Virus record (IMG/VR): IMGVR_UViG_3300027797_000014
Reading direction: 5' to 3' (one strand)
DNA: 55,085 nt
Source: an uncultured virus (IMG/VR IMGVR_UViG_3300027797_000014)
Lineage: Duplodnaviria; Heunggongvirae; Uroviricota; Caudoviricetes
Position 1 is the first letter of the stretch, and each line of letters begins with the position of its first letter. Below, piece after piece: positions 45,605-55,009 of the stretch. The notes under the pieces were generated by a model. The model saw only the letters and a list, made by a program, of their open reading frames with translations, searched no databases and had not been told where the DNA came from. A program made the position numbers and the translations under genes.

Positions 45605-45652
45605 ATAAATAAAAAATTGTACTTTTGGTACCAATATTAAATATAATTATAG

Positions 45653-48600
45653 ATGGCAATAAGATTCTTAAATAGTCTAAACATACAAGCAGGTACATTA
45701 ACTGTATCAACTATAACTAACTTAACCACAGCATCAAATGTATTTTTAGTTTCAGATGGTGGTTTAATTAAATATAGAACTGCCGCAGAAGTGCGTTCTG
45801 ACATTGGAGCGGGCACGGGCACTGTAACATCTATTACAATAACTCCTGGTACAGGAATAAGCGGTGGAGGAACAGTTACTTCATCAGGTACACTTACTAT
45901 TACAAATTCAGACTTAGGTTCTTCTCAAGCTATATTTAAAAATATAGCAGTTTCTGGTCAAACTACTGTAACTGCTAATATTAATAATGATACATTAAAT
46001 TTTGCAAATGGTTCCAATGTTACTATTACTACTAATGCAGCAACAGATACAATAACCATAGCTGCAACAGATACTAATAATTATCCATCAAGTTTAGCTT
46101 GGGATACTGCAACTGGTATTTTAACTTTAGGTAGAACTGGTTTAGCTTCTTTAACTGTAGATTTAGATAATAGATATTTAGAACTAGCAGGAGGAACAAT
46201 GTCTGGTCAAATAATATTTCAGACAGCATCTTTAAATAATGGATTTAGATGGAATGTTAATAGTGACTCTGCAGGTATTACTTTTAAAAATACTGGAGAT
46301 GGAGATGCTAACTCTTACTTTAACTTCTTTACTGAAGACAATGGTAATGAGTACTTTAAGTTTTCTCATACCCATTATCAAACTGGTTCTAAAGATTATA
46401 TGGATGTTAAAGATGGTGTTATACGCACTAATGGAGACATCTATGTTAATGCTACTCAAAGTGGAACAGTGGGTGCTGGTACTAATACACTTATAAATGG
46501 AAGTATAGTTTTAAATGCTGGTAACTATACATCATATTCTCCTACACTAATAGGGATTGGAGCTTCAGGAACTTGGGGTATTAATATCACAGGTAATGCA
46601 GCAACAGCAACTACTGCAGCAAACGTAAATAATGGTGTGTTAACAATGGCGGTATCTGGCACAGGTTTGTCAGGATCACAAACATTTTCAGCAAATCAAT
46701 CTGGAGCAGCAACATTTACTGTTACATCAAATGCAACTAGTGCCAATACAGCTTCTACTATTGTAGCTCGTGATGCTTCTGGAAACTTTACTGCAGGCAC
46801 AATTACAGCTGCTTTAACTGGTAATGCCTCAACAGCTACATCTGCTGGAAATTTAACTGGAGGAAATATAACGGGTAATTACATAGTAGCTAACTCAACA
46901 AGTCCAAATACATTTTACAAACAATTTGGTGATAATTCTGGTTGGGTCTATCGTTATATGACTAATGTTTCTGGAACTATTACAACTAGACATAGTTGGA
47001 CAGATACTGGAAATTATATAGCAGTTGGTTCTGTAACAGCTTCATCATTTTCAGGTGCCGGAACAGGATTAACTGGAACTGCTACTTCTTTATCTATTGG
47101 TGGTAATGCTGCTACAGCAACAACTGCTACTACAGCTACTACCGCAGGGAATGTCTCAGGTGTTGTTGCCATTGCAAATGGAGGAACAGGATCTGTAACT
47201 GCAGCTAATGCTTTATCAGCGTTGGGTGCTTATCCAGCAAGTAATCCTTCAGGATATACATCAAATACAGGTACAGTTACATCAGTTGCCGCATTAACTT
47301 TAGGAACAAGTGGAACTGATTTAAGTTCTACTGTAGCTACTGGAACAACAACACCAGTTATTACTTTAAATGTACCAACAGCATCAGCAGCTAATCGTGG
47401 TGCATTAAGTGCAGCAGATTGGACTACTTTTAATAACAAAACATCTAACACCGGTACAGTTACTAGTGTTAGTGGCACGGGTACTGTTAGTGGATTATCA
47501 TTAAGTGGAACAGTAACTACTTCAGGTAATTTAACTTTAGGAGGAACGCTTTCAGTCTTAGCTTCTAACTTTGCTAGTCAAACAGCTGCTACTTTCTTGG
47601 CAGCACCAAATGGAGCAGCAGGTGTACCTACATTCAGAGCTATTGTTGCCGCTGACATACCAACTCTAAATCAAAATACTACAGGTACTTCTGGTAATGT
47701 TACAGGAGTAGTTGGAATAGCTAATGGAGGAACTGGTTCTACAACAGCAGCAGGTGGTTTATCAGCTTTAGGTGGATATCCTGCAACAAACCCAAGTGGC
47801 TATACATCCAATACAGGTACAGTCACTTCTGTAAGTGGAACAGGTAGTTATGGGGGATTAACACTAACCGGAACTGTAACAACTTCTGGAAACTTAACAT
47901 TGGGCGGAACTCCTACGGGAACTTGGCCTATCAGTGTTACTGGAGCAGCAGCAAGTGTTCCTTTATTAACTGCTACTGGTGGTTTAACAACTCAATATGG
48001 CAATGGAACTATTGGTTATTCATCTGCACTTGTAAATCCACAAACAGGATTATTTCCAACAAGTGATAATTCAAATGCAATTATTACAATAAATAGACAT
48101 CCGGGTGATTATTATAGTCAATTAGGATTTAATTCTTCTGGTAGTATTTATTATAGAAGTTTTAATGCTGGAGTAATCAATACATCTGCACCTTGGTATA
48201 CAATTTGGACTAGCCTTAGTTTAACAAATTTAAATCAACTTACTAATGGTCCCGGTTACACTACTAATACAGGAACAGTAACAGGTGTAACTGCAACAGC
48301 ACCTATTGCTAGTACAGGAGGAACTGCACCAGTAATTTCTATTAGTGCAGCAACTATAAGTGCAGCTGGTAGTATGAGTGCTGCAGACAAAACTAAATTA
48401 GATGGAATTGCTGCAGGTGCTACTAACGTAACAAATACAAATCAGTTAACTAACGGTGCTGGTTATATTACTAGTGCAGGAACTGCAACCAATGTTTCTG
48501 GGGTAGTGGCTATAGCAAATGGTGGTACTGGGTCTACAACTGGTGCTGGAGCTTTATCTGCACTAGGAGGTTATCCTTCAAGTAATCCTTCTGGATATAC

Positions 48601-50797
48601 AAGTAACACGGGAACTGTAACATCAGTTTCTGGATCAGGTACTATAAGTGGTTTAACATTAACCGGTACAGTAACCGGTTCTGGTTCACTTACACTTGGT
48701 GGTACATTGTCTTTAACAGCAGCTAATGTAAATGCGGTTGGAGCTATTACAAATAGTACATCAGGTAATGCAGCTACTGCAACTAATTCTACTCAACTTA
48801 ATGGTATTTCATCTACCCAGATTTTTAATAATATGGGTGATATTCATGGTGCAAGAACATCTTTTGATGTTAGCACACCATCATATGATTTTGGATTTAG
48901 ATATGTGCAAGGAACTACAAATGGTCCAGCAACTGGGGGTGGTAATCAGTTTTATTCTTGGTATATGGGACTTGGCAGTCAATATCCAGCAACAGGTGCA
49001 GGTTCATATGGAATGTATATTGCAGTTCCTAGAACAGCAACTACACCATATATGAGTGTAAGATATAATGAAGCTAATAGTTTAGGTGCATGGTTAAAAA
49101 TTGCAGCTGGATATGCCGATACTGCAGGGGCATTAACAAGTATGAACATATCCCAGTTTACAAATAACTCAGGATATTTAACCAATGGTACTGTTGGTTC
49201 ATATGCACCAGGTTTAACTGGTGCTGGAGCTTCTGGTTCATGGGCAATTACTGCTGCTGTAGCTACAAATGCAACCCTTGCTCAAACAGCAGTTACATTA
49301 AGCTCAATGAATATTTCTCAGTTTACTAATAATTCTGGATATATAACATCAGTGCCTATTGCAACTGCAACAGTTTCGGGTACTGTTGAATTATTTAGTA
49401 ATACTGTTCAAACAGAACCAGCACTTGCAGTGTCAACAGTAGAAAATAGAACCTATGGTATACAATTAAATGGTGCAGGACAAGCAGTAGTTAATGTACC
49501 ATGGACAGCAGCTGGTGGTGGTGGTACTGTAACATCAGTTTCTGGTACCGGTACAGTATCTGGATTAACTTTAACAGGTACAGTTACTACAACAGGAAGC
49601 TTAACGCTAGGTGGAACTCTTGCTGTAACTGCTTCTAACTTTTCTAGTCAGACTGCAAATACTTTTTTATCTGCGCCTAATGGTCTTGCTGGAGTTCCTA
49701 CGTTTAGATTAATTCTTGCTGCTGATATTCCTACTTTAAATCAAAATACTACAGGTTCTGCTGCTTCACTAACTACAGCAAGAACTTTGACTATTGGCAG
49801 TACAGGTAAAACTTTTAATGGTGCAGCAAACGTAAGTTGGACTCTTGCAGAGATAGGTGCTTACGCTTCAACTAATCCTAGTGGTTATACAACTAACACA
49901 GGTACAGTAACTAGTATTACAGCAGGAACAGGATTAAGTGGAGGTACAATAACATCAACCGGAACAATTGCCTTAGCTAATACTGCAGTTACTGCAGGAT
50001 CTTACACTAACGCAAATATTACAGTAGATGCTCAAGGTAGAATTACTTTAGCCGCAAACGGTTCTGCTGGAGGTGGTATTAGTGGTGGAGGTACAACAAA
50101 TTATGTATCAAAGTTTAGTGGAGCAGCTTCTGTAGGAAACTCTCAAATTTTTGATAATGGAACAAGTGTAGGTGTAAATACCGCAAGTCCAGTAGGTAGG
50201 TTTAATATATCTTCTGGAACAAATGCAGGTACTACTGAACTATTTAGATTATCAAGAAATGTGGGATATGGTGCAACTACATTTACTCAAACTTATGATA
50301 GCACATATTTTTCTAATGGTAAAACATTTAGTCTTGCAAATGATGCTGGTACAGCATTTGCTATTTTTTATAGTAATAATGCAGGTACTGTAACTAATGC
50401 ATTACTTAGTGGTTATTTAGGTGTTAGTGCAGCTGCAGATTATCCATTGCATGTGGGATCAGATGTTGGTGGTGTATCAATATATGCTGATAATGATATT
50501 GTTGCTTTTTCTGATATATCAGTAAAAGAAAATATTAGACCTATTGAAAATGTAATTGAAAGAGTACAAAAATCAAGAGGTGTATTGTATGATAGAATTG
50601 ATAGTAATAGTAAAGACAATATTGGATTTATTGCACAAGAATTAGAGGTTGCTTTTCCTGAATTGGTTATTACTAATGAAGATGGAACCAAAGCAGTTAA
50701 ATATCAAAATGCTGTAGCTGTAATGTTTGAAGCTATAAAAGAACAGCAAAAGCAAATAGATGAATTAAAAGAACTAGTAAACAAATTAATAAAATAA
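45653..50797 (+). CDS. Long tail fibre with C-terminal intramolecular chaperone (peptidase S74)
   Basis: 1714 aa; GNAATAT, ANGGTG, GSYTNANITVDAQGRIT; SDISVKENI...IGFIAQELE..FPELV...IKEQQKQIDELK. Confidence 0.92.
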   Translation: MAIRFLNSLNIQAGTLTVSTITNLTTASNVFLVSDGGLIKYRTAAEVRSDIGAGTGTVTSITITPGTGISGGGTVTSSGTLTITNSDLGSSQAIFKNIAVSGQTTVTANINNDTLNFANGSNVTITTNAATDTITIAATDTNNYPSSLAWDTATGILTLGRTGLASLTVDLDNRYLELAGGTMSGQIIFQTASLNNGFRWNVNSDSAGITFKNTGDGDANSYFNFFTEDNGNEYFKFSHTHYQTGSKDYMDVKDGVIRTNGDIYVNATQSGTVGAGTNTLINGSIVLNAGNYTSYSPTLIGIGASGTWGINITGNAATATTAANVNNGVLTMAVSGTGLSGSQTFSANQSGAATFTVTSNATSANTASTIVARDASGNFTAGTITAALTGNASTATSAGNLTGGNITGNYIVANSTSPNTFYKQFGDNSGWVYRYMTNVSGTITTRHSWTDTGNYIAVGSVTASSFSGAGTGLTGTATSLSIGGNAATATTATTATTAGNVSGVVAIANGGTGSVTAANALSALGAYPASNPSGYTSNTGTVTSVAALTLGTSGTDLSSTVATGTTTPVITLNVPTASAANRGALSAADWTTFNNKTSNTGTVTSVSGTGTVSGLSLSGTVTTSGNLTLGGTLSVLASNFASQTAATFLAAPNGAAGVPTFRAIVAADIPTLNQNTTGTSGNVTGVVGIANGGTGSTTAAGGLSALGGYPATNPSGYTSNTGTVTSVSGTGSYGGLTLTGTVTTSGNLTLGGTPTGTWPISVTGAAASVPLLTATGGLTTQYGNGTIGYSSALVNPQTGLFPTSDNSNAIITINRHPGDYYSQLGFNSSGSIYYRSFNAGVINTSAPWYTIWTSLSLTNLNQLTNGPGYTTNTGTVTGVTATAPIASTGGTAPVISISAATISAAGSMSAADKTKLDGIAAGATNVTNTNQLTNGAGYITSAGTATNVSGVVAIANGGTGSTTGAGALSALGGYPSSNPSGYTSNTGTVTSVSGSGTISGLTLTGTVTGSGSLTLGGTLSLTAANVNAVGAITNSTSGNAATATNSTQLNGISSTQIFNNMGDIHGARTSFDVSTPSYDFGFRYVQGTTNGPATGGGNQFYSWYMGLGSQYPATGAGSYGMYIAVPRTATTPYMSVRYNEANSLGAWLKIAAGYADTAGALTSMNISQFTNNSGYLTNGTVGSYAPGLTGAGASGSWAITAAVATNATLAQTAVTLSSMNISQFTNNSGYITSVPIATATVSGTVELFSNTVQTEPALAVSTVENRTYGIQLNGAGQAVVNVPWTAAGGGGTVTSVSGTGTVSGLTLTGTVTTTGSLTLGGTLAVTASNFSSQTANTFLSAPNGLAGVPTFRLILAADIPTLNQNTTGSAASLTTARTLTIGSTGKTFNGAANVSWTLAEIGAYASTNPSGYTTNTGTVTSITAGTGLSGGTITSTGTIALANTAVTAGSYTNANITVDAQGRITLAANGSAGGGISGGGTTNYVSKFSGAASVGNSQIFDNGTSVGVNTASPVGRFNISSGTNAGTTELFRLSRNVGYGATTFTQTYDSTYFSNGKTFSLANDAGTAFAIFYSNNAGTVTNALLSGYLGVSAAADYPLHVGSDVGGVSIYADNDIVAFSDISVKENIRPIENVIERVQKSRGVLYDRIDSNSKDNIGFIAQELEVAFPELVITNEDGTKAVKYQNAVAVMFEAIKEQQKQIDELKELVNKLIK

Positions 50798-50798
50798 T

Positions 50799-51119
50799 AT
50801 GAACACATATACTTGGACTATTTCCGCATTAGATTGCAAAATAAATGAAAATAATTTACAAGATGTTGTATACACAGTACATTGGAAATATACTGCTACT
50901 AATGAAACTGGCATAACTGCTTCTGCTTTTGGAGCTCAATATGTGCCACCACCAAGTGAAGAAGATTTTACTCCTTATGATGAATTAACTAAAGAACAAG
51001 TAATTGGTTGGATAGAAACTTATTTAAATATTCCTGGAATAACTATAGATTTAGATAATCAAATTGAATTGATTATAAACCCAGTAGATATTACACCACC
51101 TTTACCATTTGAAAATTAA
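50799..51119 (+). CDS. Tail fibre-associated small protein
   Basis: YTWTI..LD...DVV..VHW...FTPYDELTKEQVIGW, directly after the fibre. Confidence 0.7.
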   Translation: MNTYTWTISALDCKINENNLQDVVYTVHWKYTATNETGITASAFGAQYVPPPSEEDFTPYDELTKEQVIGWIETYLNIPGITIDLDNQIELIINPVDITPPLPFEN

Positions 51120-51127
51120 TATAAAAT

Positions 51128-51541
51128 ATGGCATTACCACCTAGCGGACCTTTAAGTTTTTCAATGATAGCTAATGAATTAGCTGTAGGACCTCCAAATT
51201 CTTTAAATGCTATGTCTGTTCAAGCAGGATTTTCTAGTCCAGATGCTGTATCTGAATTTTATGGATATGGTGGAGGACTAACTCCATTTTTTAGAACTCT
51301 TAATGCGGGATTTAATCCTCCTGATGAATGTTTTCAACCAGCTGATCAATTTGCTTGGCATAATGGAACGGGTCTTTTGCCTGCTATGGGTGATACAGTA
51401 TATAATGATTCTGGTGGTCTCCAACCACTAGCATATCAAGGATATTGGGGAATGTCTGATATAATGAATAATCCATCACCATTTACTTTTGAAGTTGATC
51501 CTAATAATTCAGGTGTTGTAATAAATAAATTTCAATGTTAA
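51128..51541 (+). CDS. Putative fibre-tip/adhesin-like protein
   Basis: MALPPSGPLSFSMI.NE...SEFYG N-terminus typical of fibre-attached small proteins. Confidence 0.6.
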   Translation: MALPPSGPLSFSMIANELAVGPPNSLNAMSVQAGFSSPDAVSEFYGYGGGLTPFFRTLNAGFNPPDECFQPADQFAWHNGTGLLPAMGDTVYNDSGGLQPLAYQGYWGMSDIMNNPSPFTFEVDPNNSGVVINKFQC

Positions 51542-51561
51542 TATAAATAAAAAATAGAGTT

Positions 51562-52092
51562 ATGAAAAAACCAATTGTCAAAATACCTATTGCAAAAAAA
51601 GAAGTTGCAAAAGAAGTTGTTAAAAAGGCTACAATAAAAGAGATTCCGGTTGAAAAACCTGTAATTAAAAAACCAATTAAAGCAAAACCAATTGCTGAAA
51701 TTATTATAGAAGAAGTTAAAGAAGTTGAGATAATTACTAAAATTATCAAACCTTTATTTGAAAAACCAATTGTACCAGAAATTACTTACAGTTGGGATTT
51801 AGAAAATATTGAAATTAACAACTCAACTAACGTTATTACACAAATAACCTATGAATTTATTGGTACATTAAATGGTCAAAAATATCCTTTGGCAGGAACA
51901 ATCTCTTTACCAAAAGAAGTAAACCTTAATAGTAAAGTAGAAACAGGTGATTATAGAAGTTTATCAAAAGAGGAAATTATAGATTATATTATAAGTAATG
52001 TATCAGAAAGACATGTTGAAACCATGAAAGGTTTGATTATTCAAAATTTCAATGGTAGTAAAATAATTGATAAAACTTTTTGGAAATCCTAA
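51562..52092 (+). CDS. Protein with K/P/I/E low-complexity N-terminus and domain related to 50799-51119
   Basis: KKP repeats, then TYSWDL...YRSLSKEEIIDYI. Confidence 0.65.
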   Translation: MKKPIVKIPIAKKEVAKEVVKKATIKEIPVEKPVIKKPIKAKPIAEIIIEEVKEVEIITKIIKPLFEKPIVPEITYSWDLENIEINNSTNVITQITYEFIGTLNGQKYPLAGTISLPKEVNLNSKVETGDYRSLSKEEIIDYIISNVSERHVETMKGLIIQNFNGSKIIDKTFWKS

Positions 52093-52100
52093 ATAAGTTA

Positions 52101-52108
52101 TATATTTG
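52101..52108 (+). promoter_or_regulatory. Bacteroidota -7 element TATATTTG
   Basis: Intergenic, upstream of 52148. Confidence 0.55.
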
Positions 52109-52147
52109 TAAACAATTTAATGTAAAACAATTTAAAAACCAATAAAA

Positions 52148-52432
52148 ATGGCAAAGACAAAGTTACCACAAGAAGAAACTGTTGAAGTAAAAAAACTTAC
52201 AGTAGAAGAATTAGAAAATCTGGTTAATGTTCAGCAGAAGATTAACAACATTACTTTAAATTTAGGTAATGCTGAATTAGCTAAACAAGCAATGTTTTCT
52301 GAATATTCTAAAATTAAAGCTGAATGGGATGAGGTTGCAAAAACATTACAAGACAAGTACGGTGATGTTAATGTAAACCTAGCCGATGGTACAATTGCAC
52401 CAATGGACCCTACAGCTAACCCATTAGGGTAA
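52148..52432 (+). CDS. Coiled-coil protein (fibre chaperone-like)
   Basis: KLTVEELE...LGNAE...LQDKYGDVNVNLADGTI. Confidence 0.7.
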   Translation: MAKTKLPQEETVEVKKLTVEELENLVNVQQKINNITLNLGNAELAKQAMFSEYSKIKAEWDEVAKTLQDKYGDVNVNLADGTIAPMDPTANPLG

Positions 52433-52459
52433 ATTCTTTATACATAAATATTTTATAAA

Positions 52460-52500
52460 AAATTTTATAACCAGACTTTTCTTGTTTGGTTATAAAATTT
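52460..52500. terminator. Long AT-rich inverted repeat
   Basis: aaattttataaccagac / gtttggttataaaattt. Confidence 0.55.
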
Positions 52501-52561
52501 TTTGTATATTATAATTGTATAGAGCACAATAAACTATTACATTATAGTAAATAAAATATTT

Positions 52562-54976
52562 ATGATACCAACAAATTCAAGTAATACAACAAATGGATGT
52601 GATAGTATCTCATCTAACTGTGTCATTTGGCAAGGTCCAGATATTAGTTGTATAAACCTTTGTAATGGAGATACAATTAGTGAAGTAATAGCAAAATTAG
52701 CTACATTACTATGTGATCTGATTGAGGATGGGGTTACTGCTAATCCAAACTTAACTGGTTTGGATATGTCATGCCTTAATATTCCGGGTACAACACCCAC
52801 TACATTGGTTCCTGTATTACAGGATATGATTGAAGCAATATGTGCAAAGAATAATCCAGCAGGACCTACTGCAGCATATATTCAAGCAAATCTTCCTATA
52901 ATGACTTTACCTGCATGTTTAGTCTATAATGACGCACAAGGTAATCCAGTAACACAATTACGTTTAGATTTGTTTACAAGTCTTATTGCTAATAAAATTT
53001 GTAATATACTTACTTCAATAGTAACTATAAATACTACATTAACTAATGTCAATACTAGATTATTAACATTAGAAGCGTGTGTATTACCATGTGAAGGTGG
53101 TGTTCCAGAACAGCAAGTAGTTCCAACATGTATAATTAATGTTGGTCAATTAACAGATGTATCTGTTTTATTACTTGCTTTAGAAGTAAGATTTTGTGCA
53201 TTAGAAACAGCCGTAGGTTTACCTGCTGCAATTAATGCTGCTATAAGTCAAGCTACTATTTTAGGTACTACAACATCATTATCTAATCCTTCTGTATCAT
53301 ATGGTTCTATAACAGGATGGAATAATAACCCATCTACATTATCTCAAAGTGTTCAAAACATATGGGTTGTATTAGGTGATATGTATGAAGCTGTTTCAAG
53401 CATTCAAACTAATTGTTGCCCTTCAGGATGTTCTAGTATAACCTTTGGTTATAACACATCAAATATATTAAATGCTAATGGTACAATAGCGGGTCTTAAT
53501 TTTAATTTCCAAAATACAAGTGGAAATGGATCTGTTATTCCAGCAACATTTAATGATTGTGCTGGTAGTACAATCATTACTATTAGAGATTCTAATAATG
53601 TTGCGGTTACTAGTACAGTTAGCGTTGCTGCTTTACAAAATTCTGCAAGTGGAGTTACTATATCAATACCTAGTTTAAATACTTATGGAGCATTAACTGC
53701 TAGTGTAGCATTTTGTGTAACTGATGGTAGAGATACATGTAGTGATACAATTATTAAATCAGTTGCTGGAGTTATACCTTGTCCACAAGATCCTACTAAT
53801 AGTGCAATTACAACTACAGGAGTAACAGTATCATTTGGAAATACTTTAGGTTTAACAGCTGTTTATATTATAGATATTATCAATACTGCTACAAGTGTTG
53901 TTACAGCTACATGGACGCAAAATTCTCCTGGTACTTTTGTATCACATGCATTTACAGGATTAGTGGCAGCTACAAATTATACAGTTAAAATAACTGTTCA
54001 AATTGGTGGTCAAACTAAAATATGTACTAATACAATAGCATTTACAACTTTACCTCCTATAGCTCTTCCTACAGTAACTACAGCAAGTGTTACAAGTATT
54101 GCTCAAACATCAGCAATTAGTGGTGGAGTTTCAATAAATGCAAATGGCGGTACCATTTCTAATAAAGGTGTTCAATGGAGTGCAACTCAAAATTTTGCAA
54201 GTATAATAGGAAGCACCTCTAATGGAACTGGTACAGGTAACTATACAAGCACTTTGTCTCCACTTATTGCTAATACTCAATATTGGGTTAGGGCTTATGT
54301 TATAAATGAAGTAGGTACTGGATATGGTCAACCAATAAGTTTCATATCAGCAGTAACAACAGAACTTAGTGCTTTTGATTATATTATTGTAACTTATCAA
54401 TATGCACCACCTACTGATTATGATTTAGATACATTAACTACTTTTAGATATCCAACTAGCACATTAGCTGGAAACCAATCTAGTAATACAACAGGATTTA
54501 TACCAGGAACAGGGGTTGTTGGATGTGGTGCTGCTACTGTAATACCTGCTGGTGCTACTATTAATACGGCTTATCTTTATTTTGGAGGAGATGATGTTGG
54601 ACAATCAGTTGCTGGTACATTTGGTGAATCAGTTGCTATAAACTTTAAAAATCTTGAAAACAGTGGTATTTTAACTTCAACTAGTGTTATAGCAGAATTA
54701 TTTGCTGGCTGGCAGAGTGGAACAACTGCATATCCAATATCTATAAAATATGAAACATTTATTGGAGGTACTATTTCAAGAGAAGTAGTCGGTGGAGTTA
54801 CAACAAATAGACTTATAAGTAATGGTACAGTTGTTGCGGCTGCAACAATTTCAAGTCCAATAAATATTATTTCTGGAGGTTGTAGTCAAGGCGTAAGTGT
54901 GAAAAGAAATGTGGCTGAAATATCTTATGATACAACTACAAATGTAGCAAGTATAGCATTTTTAGCATATCCATAA
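52562..54976 (+). CDS. Cys-rich virion protein with fibronectin type III-like domains
   Basis: SSNCVIWQGPDISC N-terminus; FTGLVAATNYTV and LIANTQYWVRAYVINEVGTGYG FN3 signatures. Confidence 0.8.
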   Translation: MIPTNSSNTTNGCDSISSNCVIWQGPDISCINLCNGDTISEVIAKLATLLCDLIEDGVTANPNLTGLDMSCLNIPGTTPTTLVPVLQDMIEAICAKNNPAGPTAAYIQANLPIMTLPACLVYNDAQGNPVTQLRLDLFTSLIANKICNILTSIVTINTTLTNVNTRLLTLEACVLPCEGGVPEQQVVPTCIINVGQLTDVSVLLLALEVRFCALETAVGLPAAINAAISQATILGTTTSLSNPSVSYGSITGWNNNPSTLSQSVQNIWVVLGDMYEAVSSIQTNCCPSGCSSITFGYNTSNILNANGTIAGLNFNFQNTSGNGSVIPATFNDCAGSTIITIRDSNNVAVTSTVSVAALQNSASGVTISIPSLNTYGALTASVAFCVTDGRDTCSDTIIKSVAGVIPCPQDPTNSAITTTGVTVSFGNTLGLTAVYIIDIINTATSVVTATWTQNSPGTFVSHAFTGLVAATNYTVKITVQIGGQTKICTNTIAFTTLPPIALPTVTTASVTSIAQTSAISGGVSINANGGTISNKGVQWSATQNFASIIGSTSNGTGTGNYTSTLSPLIANTQYWVRAYVINEVGTGYGQPISFISAVTTELSAFDYIIVTYQYAPPTDYDLDTLTTFRYPTSTLAGNQSSNTTGFIPGTGVVGCGAATVIPAGATINTAYLYFGGDDVGQSVAGTFGESVAINFKNLENSGILTSTSVIAELFAGWQSGTTAYPISIKYETFIGGTISREVVGGVTTNRLISNGTVVAAATISSPINIISGGCSQGVSVKRNVAEISYDTTTNVASIAFLAYP

Positions 54977-55009
54977 TAAATAAAATAGTAATTTAATTAA
55001 AATATAAAG

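Noticed and set aside
45653..51541. Diversity-generating retroelement TR/VR pair
   Set aside because: No reverse transcriptase in the window; fibre repeats differ at all base types rather than only at adenines
2629..54331. Other short opposite-strand or alternate-frame ORFs in the track (e.g. 3169, 4032, 8422, 11723, 29030, 31101, 34680, 48732)
   Set aside because: Nested in or overlapping well-supported genes, with no motifs or leaders
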